Assembly: GCA_965223325.1 (NCBI GenBank)
Contig: CBDCWI010000002.1
Span: 4,384,001 to 4,448,000, forward strand
Source: Candidatus Multivoradales bacterium
GTDB lineage: Bacteria; Acidobacteriota; Thermoanaerobaculia; Multivoradales; Multivoraceae
DNA: 64,000 bases
Reading direction: 5' to 3'
Below, one piece after another: positions 30,076-36,859 of the stretch (within the stretch, counting starts at the first letter, position 1; every line of letters starts with the position of its first letter). The position numbers were made by a program, and so were the translations under genes. The notes beneath the pieces were generated by a model. The model searched no databases and was not told the origin of the DNA. It worked only from the letters and a program-made list of their open reading frames with translations.

Positions 30076-31119
30076 ATGAAGAAAGACACCGAACGCGCGA
30101 CGGTCGAAGCGCCGTCGAACATCGCTTTCGTCAAGTACTGGGGAGCCAAGAATCTGGAACGGGTGGTTCCCTACAACCCTTCGATCTCGATGACGCTCGA
30201 AGAAGCGGTGACTCGCACGACAGCGGTCTTCCACCGCGGCGAGGACGGCGAGGACGTCGTCTCGGTACGCCAGGGCAACGACGTCGTGGACCCGGGGAGT
30301 GGGTTCACCGAGCGGGTTACGAATCACATCACCCGTCTGCGCGAGGTGTTTGGCGTGCGCGGCTGGTTCGAGATCGAGACCCGGAACACCTTCCCGTCGG
30401 CTGCTGGTGTGGCGTCTTCAGCATCGGGCTTCGCGGCGCTGACCCTGGCGGTCGCGAGTGCCACAGGGCAAACGCTCGATCGCGTCCAGTTTTCTCGGCT
30501 GGCGCGTGCGAGCGGTTCGGGATCGGCGTCGCGCTCGGTCATGGGTGGCTACGTGCAGTGGCCGGGCGACGGCCAGGACGATGACGCAACGTATGCAGTA
30601 CAGCTCTTTGACGGTGACTACTGGTCGCTGTGTGACTTGATTGCCATCGTCGACACCGATCCCAAGGACGTCTCGTCTCGCGACGGTCACCTGCGTGCCG
30701 CTTCGAGTCCCTACTTCAAGGAGCGTCTGCGCAGTTTGCCGGCGCGTCAGGCAACGGTTCGACAGGCGATCGCGGATCGTGCGATCGAGAACCTCGGCCC
30801 GGTGGTCGAAAAAGAAGCAATCGACATGCACCTGATCGCGATGTCGTCAGCGCCTCCGATCTTCTACTGGTCTCCGGCGACCCTCGCAGTGCTCGCGGCA
30901 CTGCGAGATCTGCGGGCTTCGGGTCTCGAAGCGTGGGCAACGATGGATGCCGGTGCCAACGTGCACGTCATCTGTGAGCCGTCGGAAGCCGATCGCATCC
31001 AGGAGGAGTTGCGCGGGGTTCAGGGTGTTCTCCGTGTGCTGCGCGATCGAACCGGCAAGGGGCCGCGGGTGCTCGAAAGCAGCGCTCCAGAAGAGCCAGA
31101 CACGGAAGAACTCGGGTGA
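30076..31119 (+). CDS. mvaD: MVD-family decarboxylase (probably mevalonate-5-phosphate decarboxylase)
   Basis: APSNIAFVKYWG, SISMTL, GVASSASGFAAL, GSGSASRS, TMDAGANVH; substrate specificity inferred from context. Confidence 0.88.
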   Translation: MKKDTERATVEAPSNIAFVKYWGAKNLERVVPYNPSISMTLEEAVTRTTAVFHRGEDGEDVVSVRQGNDVVDPGSGFTERVTNHITRLREVFGVRGWFEIETRNTFPSAAGVASSASGFAALTLAVASATGQTLDRVQFSRLARASGSGSASRSVMGGYVQWPGDGQDDDATYAVQLFDGDYWSLCDLIAIVDTDPKDVSSRDGHLRAASSPYFKERLRSLPARQATVRQAIADRAIENLGPVVEKEAIDMHLIAMSSAPPIFYWSPATLAVLAALRDLRASGLEAWATMDAGANVHVICEPSEADRIQEELRGVQGVLRVLRDRTGKGPRVLESSAPEEPDTEELG

Positions 31120-31126
31120 TTTCGGC

Positions 31127-31951
31127 ATGAGCAGATCTGCTTCGAAGGTCACAGTGGTCAAGCTCGGCGGCAGCTTGATCACCGACAAGGCCACCCGGCG
31201 GTCGGTGCGCGAAGAAACCCTGGCGCGACTTGCCGGTGAGGTCGCCGAAGCGCTCCCGGAGCTTCGTCGTCGCGGGACGCAGGTTCTCCTCAGCCATGGC
31301 AGCGGTTCTTACGGTCATATGGCAGCGCATTCGGTTGGTTACGAGAAGGGGCGGGTGATGACTGGCGGTGCGGGTGTCGTTCAGCGCGCCGCGGCAGAGC
31401 TCCATGGCCGCGTTCTCGATGCGTTGCTCTCGAGAGACGTGCCGTGTTTCAGCTTTGCGCCTTCGAGTGCCTTCGTTGCCGAGGGTGGAACCGCCCGTTC
31501 CATCGAACTGCGCCCACTACTCATGGCGCTAGAGGCGCAGCAGGTCCCGGTCACCTATGGCGATGTTGTGCTCGACGAGCACTCGGGCTGGACGATTCTG
31601 TCGACTGAAGAAGTGGTCACGGCGCTGGTCTCGGCAATCACCTCCGAGAGGGCGACGCCCGTCGAGGTTCTGTGGATGGGTGATGTCGACGGCATCCTCG
31701 ATGGGGGTGGAGAAGCGGTGCCGGTTGTTGACGACCGCAACGCGGAGGCCGTCGCTGCTGGCCTCGGTAGCGCGAGCGGCACCGATGTTACCGGTGGCAT
31801 CAAGCTGCGCTTCGAGACAGCACGCCGGCTGGCCGCCCGCGGTGTTCCTTCTCATCTCCTCGATGGCACACGCCCGGGCCTTCTGCGTGAGGCGCTTCAT
31901 GGCGCGGCAGTCGGCGGCACCAGATTCGTGAATGCAAAGGGCGCATCTTGA
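31127..31951 (+). CDS. Isopentenyl phosphate kinase (amino-acid kinase fold)
   Basis: KLGGSLITDK, HGSGSYGH (IPK-type His), PVTYGDVV, DVDG, DVTGG. Confidence 0.88.
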   Translation: MSRSASKVTVVKLGGSLITDKATRRSVREETLARLAGEVAEALPELRRRGTQVLLSHGSGSYGHMAAHSVGYEKGRVMTGGAGVVQRAAAELHGRVLDALLSRDVPCFSFAPSSAFVAEGGTARSIELRPLLMALEAQQVPVTYGDVVLDEHSGWTILSTEEVVTALVSAITSERATPVEVLWMGDVDGILDGGGEAVPVVDDRNAEAVAAGLGSASGTDVTGGIKLRFETARRLAARGVPSHLLDGTRPGLLREALHGAAVGGTRFVNAKGAS

Positions 31952-32853
31952 GCGCTGATCTCCATGACCTCTTGGTCAAGACGAGTCGCACTTTCGCCCT
32001 CTCGATTCCTCGTCTCGGCGGGTCGCTGCTGGACGAGGTGCGCGTGGCCTACTTACTCCTTCGTATTGCCGACACGTTCGAAGACGCTTACCGCTGGTCG
32101 AAGGCGCGGCGTGTCGATGCCCTCTCTGAGTTCTCGGGTCTGTTCGAGAAGCCGGATCGGTCGAGGGCGGAGGCGGCCTCTAGTCGGTGGCTGGCCGATC
32201 CCGAGCCGACCGACCACGAGGGCTACACCGAGCTGCTCGCCGCCGCACCAGATGTGTTGTCTGCGCTCGACGCGCTCCCCGAGCCGAACCGTCGTGCCAT
32301 ATGCGCCCATGTACGGCGCACCGTCGCGGGAATGGTGGAGTTCGTCGATCGCACCGACGACGCCGGCAACCTGACTCTCCGCGACGTCGAGGACCTGCGC
32401 GCCTACTGCTACGTCGTAGCGGGGATCGTCGGCGAAATGCTCACCGACCTCTTCGTTCTTCATGATGATGCCCTCCTCGTGGTGGCCGACGAGCTCCGCG
32501 CTCGGGCGCCGACCTTCGGCGAGGCTCTGCAGTTGGTCAACATCACCAAAGACGCCCTGGCCGATGCCGGCGAGGGGCGCACCTTCCTGCCGCCTCAGAT
32601 CGATCGCAAGGAGATCTTCGAGATCGCACGCTCTGACCTCGAGACGGCGGCAGAGTACGTTCGCCTGCTCGAAGGCGCGGGAGTTCTGCGTGGCCCAGTC
32701 GAGTTCTGCGCCCTACCGGTGCTGCTCGCGCGCGCTACCCTCGACGAGGTCGAGCGACACGGCCCGGGCGCCAAGGTAGCGCGTGATCGCGTGCTGCGAG
32801 AAGTCGCCGCGCTCGATCGCCGGCTCGAGCACGGCGAGCCGGCCCTGGCGTAG
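31948..32853 (+). CDS. Squalene synthase (squalene/phytoene synthase family)
   Basis: KTSRTFALSI, RIADTFED, YCYVVAGIVGEMLT, LQLVNITKD; TTG start overlapping the IPK stop. Confidence 0.85.
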   Translation: MSADLHDLLVKTSRTFALSIPRLGGSLLDEVRVAYLLLRIADTFEDAYRWSKARRVDALSEFSGLFEKPDRSRAEAASSRWLADPEPTDHEGYTELLAAAPDVLSALDALPEPNRRAICAHVRRTVAGMVEFVDRTDDAGNLTLRDVEDLRAYCYVVAGIVGEMLTDLFVLHDDALLVVADELRARAPTFGEALQLVNITKDALADAGEGRTFLPPQIDRKEIFEIARSDLETAAEYVRLLEGAGVLRGPVEFCALPVLLARATLDEVERHGPGAKVARDRVLREVAALDRRLEHGEPALA

Positions 32854-32862
32854 GATCTGGCG

Positions 32863-33513
32863 ATGGCGACAAGTACCGTCGAGGACTACCTCAAGTGCAT
32901 TCTGCAGCAGGCCGGCGATGATCAACTCGTCGGCATGGGCGCGATCGCCAGTGCCCTCGATGTGGCGCCGGGAACAGTCACGGCGATGATGAAGACACTT
33001 TCAGACTCCGGCCTTGTGCACTACGAGCCCTACAGCGGCGTACGCCTCACCGAGCCGGGCCGAAAGCTCGCGGTGCATGTTCTGCGTCGCCATCGCCTGC
33101 TCGAGCAGTTCCTCGTCCAGATCGTCGGGCTCGACTGGGCGTACGTGCACGAGGAAGCAGAGCATCTCGAACATGCCGTATCGGAGCGTCTCATCGAGCG
33201 GATTGACGAGATGCTGGGCTATCCCTCGGTCGACCCACACGGCGACCCCATTCCGGATGCTCGCGGGCGCGTCGAGAACGTCGACCTACCGAATCTGGTC
33301 GACTGCGACATCGGCGTTCCGCATACCGTCGTGCGCGTATCTGAACAGAGCGCTGCGTTTCTCGGCCTGCTCGACAGTGGTGGCCTGCGGCCGGGCGTTC
33401 TGGTTGAGGTGGCCAAGCGCGACTCCGAAAGAGTCGACCTGCGTGTGCGTGACGGCGAGCCGTTCGTCCTGGCGGCCGACGCCGCCCGCCAGGTCCTGGT
33501 TCGAGCCTGCTAG
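32863..33513 (+). CDS. DtxR/MntR-family metal-dependent regulator with FeoA domain
   Basis: VEDYLK, GTVTAMMKTL, RRHRLLE, HEEAEHLEHAVS, DPHGDPIP. Confidence 0.92.
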   Translation: MATSTVEDYLKCILQQAGDDQLVGMGAIASALDVAPGTVTAMMKTLSDSGLVHYEPYSGVRLTEPGRKLAVHVLRRHRLLEQFLVQIVGLDWAYVHEEAEHLEHAVSERLIERIDEMLGYPSVDPHGDPIPDARGRVENVDLPNLVDCDIGVPHTVVRVSEQSAAFLGLLDSGGLRPGVLVEVAKRDSERVDLRVRDGEPFVLAADAARQVLVRAC

Positions 33514-33528
33514 CGCCCTCAATCGAAG

Positions 33529-33834
33529 TCAGCGCCGCCGTCTACTGCGACGGTTCCGCGACTGATGATCGATCGGCCGTTTCGCGATCCAGGCGATGAA
33601 GCGTCGAATCTCGGGATGCTCACGGAGCTTCGCAATGGTGTCGTAGTGCTGGGCGATCTCTGCCTCGCTGAGTGAAGTATGGATCTTGGTGTGACAAATC
33701 CGATGCAGGATGGCGACCGGCCCATGCGCGCCCCCTTTCAGCTTCGGAACCAGGTGATGGCGACTCTCGAGCGCAGGAGGAATCTCGCGCTCGCAGAGCG
33801 GGCAGACGAGCAGCTCATCCGCCTCGGATCCCAT
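33529..33834 (-). CDS. Small HNH-like protein
   Basis: CPLCER, SRHHLVPKLKGG, LHRICHTKIH. Confidence 0.8.
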   Translation of the reverse strand: MGSEADELLVCPLCEREIPPALESRHHLVPKLKGGAHGPVAILHRICHTKIHTSLSEAEIAQHYDTIAKLREHPEIRRFIAWIAKRPIDHQSRNRRSRRRR

Positions 33835-33857
33835 CGCGCTTGCGGCTCCCAGATCTT

Positions 33858-34586
33858 CTACCGAGCCGGCACGGTGCCGCTCCAGAAGCCCGTGTCCTCG
33901 GATTCGAACCCGTCGACGAAGAGTGCACAGCGAAACTCGAAGGTGCCCAGGGGCGGTGTCCCCCCGAGTGGGCCGGTTGTGATGAGGTGGATGATGTCTT
34001 GCGGCATGGTCTCTTGATTGCCCGAGGTGAAACTTTCCCCGCTGTCTGTTCCGGCGTCCCAGGCGACCAGAGAGACGGTTGGCGAGAGCCAGCCCGTGGC
34101 GTCGCGAAGCGCCAGGGCGGTCACGCCGACGAACCAGTCGGGGCTCGGAGCAATCATCGACACGAGGGTGACGTAGGGGTGTGACACCTCGAGGTCGAAG
34201 CTCATGGTGACTTCGCCGGGCGACGTGCCGATGCCGCCTCCCGAGAGAACGGCCAGGGCCGTGCCGCTGGTAATCGCACTTTCGACCTCGTCCTGGAGGT
34301 CTCCTTTGGCGCCCTGCTCCGCCATTCTCTGTGTGCCCAGTGAGGCGAAGCCACCGGGCTCCCAGAACGACACTTGATCGTTATGGCTGCCGCCGATCAA
34401 GCCGGAGAAGTGTGGGTTGGGCGGGAACTCCTCGGGGTGGGTGGCTGCGCTCCAGGTGGCCGCGAAACGCACCGAGCACTCAGTGCCGGATTGTGCCCCA
34501 GCGGCAACAGGGAGTACGAACAACAAGATGGCGGCAACGAGCGTGGTGAGGAAGACCCCTCGTGCGATGGTTCTGATGTAGCTCAT
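33858..34586 (-). CDS. Secreted spondin-N domain protein with C-terminal FxDGFE motif
   Basis: HFSGLIGGSH, SMIAPSPDWFVG, WDAGTDSG; signal peptide; tail LFVDGFESEDTGFWS. Confidence 0.85.
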   Translation of the reverse strand: MSYIRTIARGVFLTTLVAAILLFVLPVAAGAQSGTECSVRFAATWSAATHPEEFPPNPHFSGLIGGSHNDQVSFWEPGGFASLGTQRMAEQGAKGDLQDEVESAITSGTALAVLSGGGIGTSPGEVTMSFDLEVSHPYVTLVSMIAPSPDWFVGVTALALRDATGWLSPTVSLVAWDAGTDSGESFTSGNQETMPQDIIHLITTGPLGGTPPLGTFEFRCALFVDGFESEDTGFWSGTVPAR

Positions 34587-34669
34587 CGCCCTATGGTGGC
34601 ATGAAGCTCCGCTCGTTGGCATGGAGAGTCCGAGCCTGAGGTCTTTGGCTGCTGGAGCGGGGTAGTCTG

Positions 34670-36730
34670 ATGCCCTCATGGAAGGTTCCAATCGACGGCC
34701 CGCCAGCGATCTTCCTCGCTCCGTCAGGAGGGTGTGACGTGCCAGCCCGAAAGCGCACTCGGAAGCGCCGGCCTCGGGATGAGGCCGCAGGACCGGGCGT
34801 TTCTGTCTGGCCACGACGGACGGCTTTTCTTGTGCTGCTCGTGCTGGTGGTGTTTGGAGATGATCGCTTTGCCGGCATGGTGGCCGACGGGCGGCAGATG
34901 ATCCGTACCGCCATTGCCCTGGTTGAAACCGGCGAGATCGGCCAGGCCAACGACCGTGACTTTGTCGTTCCGCGCGCGGCTGGCGACTCGGTTTCACGAT
35001 TCGGAATGGCCGCCAGTTTTCTTCAGCTTCCGGCCGCTGTTCTTGCGCCACACGCGGAGCGCTCAGGCCGGCGCGGTGCGTCGCAGCCGCTCTTTCTGCT
35101 GGTGCCGTGGTTGTGCATCGGCCTCGCCGGCTGGGCCGCGGGAAGAATCGTGCTTCGACTGGGCGAAGGAGAGGAGGAAGCGGCGTCGCGCGGACTGGTG
35201 ATCGCAACCGTTCTCCTGGCCACTCTCGCTTCGCCCTTGGGTTCCTACGCCAGCATGGAGTTCTCAGAACCGGTACAGGCAGCCGCCCTGGTTCTCTGCC
35301 TTCTGGCAGCGCTACGCGCCGCGCAAGACGACTTACTCGATCTTCGGATGGCTTTCCTTGCCGGCTTCGCGGCCGGAGTGGCAGTGCTGACCAAGAGCAG
35401 CTTGATTGTCGCTGCTCCGGCCGCTCTCTTGCCCCTGCTGGACTGGCGCGACCGGCAGCGCGCCATTCGGGGTCTCTTGAGTGCGGCTGGAGCGGCACTT
35501 CTTCCGCTTGCCGTCTGGCTGGTGTTTGAGTTCGTTCGCTTCGGTGAGGTCTTCGGTGGCTATCCTGATGACCGTTTCACCAACCCCTGGTTCGATGGCG
35601 CTTGGCGTCTCCTGTTTGGTTTCAATCGCGGGTTCCTATGGTTCTGGCCAGCCCTTCTGTTCTTTGCCTGGGCGGGCAGAAGGGCGATCGCAGAGAAGTT
35701 CAAGACTCCTGTGAGCCGCGCCTGGTTGGGCGCCGCTCTGGTCGGAGCGTCGTTGTTGGTGGTTGCCGCCGGCTACTGGGGGTGGCACGGCATGGAGGGG
35801 TGGGGTCCTCGCCTGGTGATCGCAGCGATTCCGCTGATGGCTCCGTTCGCGGCGCTGGCTGCGAACCGGTTGGGGACGCGCTGGTTGTGGACGTTGGTTA
35901 CGTTTTGCCTGGTCTCGAATCTTCCACCGCTGCTACAGCACCCGACGCCGGTCGCCACCTACATCGTCAACCTGCCGTGGCCGGAGATTCCACCCGAGAG
36001 TGCAGAGCGCTATCCCTTCTATGCGCGCGGAACATCGGCCGACGGCAAGCCGACGGTGGTCCCATTCGAGGTGCTGGAACGCCAAGCGGCAGCCAACCCC
36101 TGGCGGCTTTACCTCTGGATGTGGAACGCCAGCAAGACGTCGGACTCGCAGTTGGCCCGCGCGCTTGCTGACCCGCCCTGGGCGACGGCACTCCCCGAGC
36201 TGGTCCCGACGCGGCCCTGGCCGGGCTCGGTCGCCCGTCAGGTGGCGCCACGACCAGACGGTGCCTGGTTAGGCCATAGCCTGCTCGGCGGCGCTAGTCC
36301 GAAGCCAGCGACAGCGGTCTACCTCGACGGCTTGCTCGATCAGGTCATTCGAGCTCTGCAACTCGGTCGCGTCGATGAGGCGGTGCGGTTGGCGAGAAAG
36401 CGCCGAGCGCTTTCGGAAGATCCAGAGGCCGATGCCTGGTTTCTCGAAAGTCTCCGTTTGGCGGGTCGTATCGATGAACTGAAAGGCGCGGTCGATGACA
36501 TGACCGCGGAGCGCCGCGGCGCCCCTATCGTGCACCTGGTTCTGGCACTGACGGATCGCGACCTGGGGGACAACCAGCGCGCCCGCGAGACCCTCGCTCC
36601 AGCGGGCAGACTCTTCCCGGGTACTCCGGCCGAACGGGCAGCATCGCAATCACCCTCGGAGTGGCCGGCCGATCTCGATGGTCTCTTGCACTTCGAACGA
36701 CGCGACGCCGCCGTCCTCGGCGAGCGCTAG
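34670..36730 (+). CDS. Polytopic membrane protein, probable GT-C glycosyltransferase with TPR-like C-terminus
   Basis: Many TM helices; FSEP, AVLTK, RGFLWFWP, WGPRL motifs; start codon uncertain. Confidence 0.6.
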   Translation: MPSWKVPIDGPPAIFLAPSGGCDVPARKRTRKRRPRDEAAGPGVSVWPRRTAFLVLLVLVVFGDDRFAGMVADGRQMIRTAIALVETGEIGQANDRDFVVPRAAGDSVSRFGMAASFLQLPAAVLAPHAERSGRRGASQPLFLLVPWLCIGLAGWAAGRIVLRLGEGEEEAASRGLVIATVLLATLASPLGSYASMEFSEPVQAAALVLCLLAALRAAQDDLLDLRMAFLAGFAAGVAVLTKSSLIVAAPAALLPLLDWRDRQRAIRGLLSAAGAALLPLAVWLVFEFVRFGEVFGGYPDDRFTNPWFDGAWRLLFGFNRGFLWFWPALLFFAWAGRRAIAEKFKTPVSRAWLGAALVGASLLVVAAGYWGWHGMEGWGPRLVIAAIPLMAPFAALAANRLGTRWLWTLVTFCLVSNLPPLLQHPTPVATYIVNLPWPEIPPESAERYPFYARGTSADGKPTVVPFEVLERQAAANPWRLYLWMWNASKTSDSQLARALADPPWATALPELVPTRPWPGSVARQVAPRPDGAWLGHSLLGGASPKPATAVYLDGLLDQVIRALQLGRVDEAVRLARKRRALSEDPEADAWFLESLRLAGRIDELKGAVDDMTAERRGAPIVHLVLALTDRDLGDNQRARETLAPAGRLFPGTPAERAASQSPSEWPADLDGLLHFERRDAAVLGER

Positions 36731-36777
36731 GCTCGTTTCCGCGTTGCGTGGGCCAAGCAGAGTTGCGTGGGCCAAGA

Positions 36778-36802
36778 AAAGGGGGCCCGGTGGGCCCCCT
36801 TT
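36778..36802 (-). terminator. Intrinsic terminator, probably bidirectional
   Basis: AAAGGGGGCCC-GGT-GGGCCCCCTTT between convergent genes; preceded by two copies of GTTGCGTGGGCCAAG. Confidence 0.8.
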
Positions 36803-36859
36803 CATGATCGCTACGGTCTGATTGGACCGCTAGCGGTTCTCTAGCGAAACTACGTTCGC

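Noticed and set aside
34587-35498. N-terminal extension of track ORF 33858-35498; likewise 19160-19864 and 52241-52546
   Set aside because: Each overlaps a genuine gene on the opposite strand; signal peptides indicate the shorter starts
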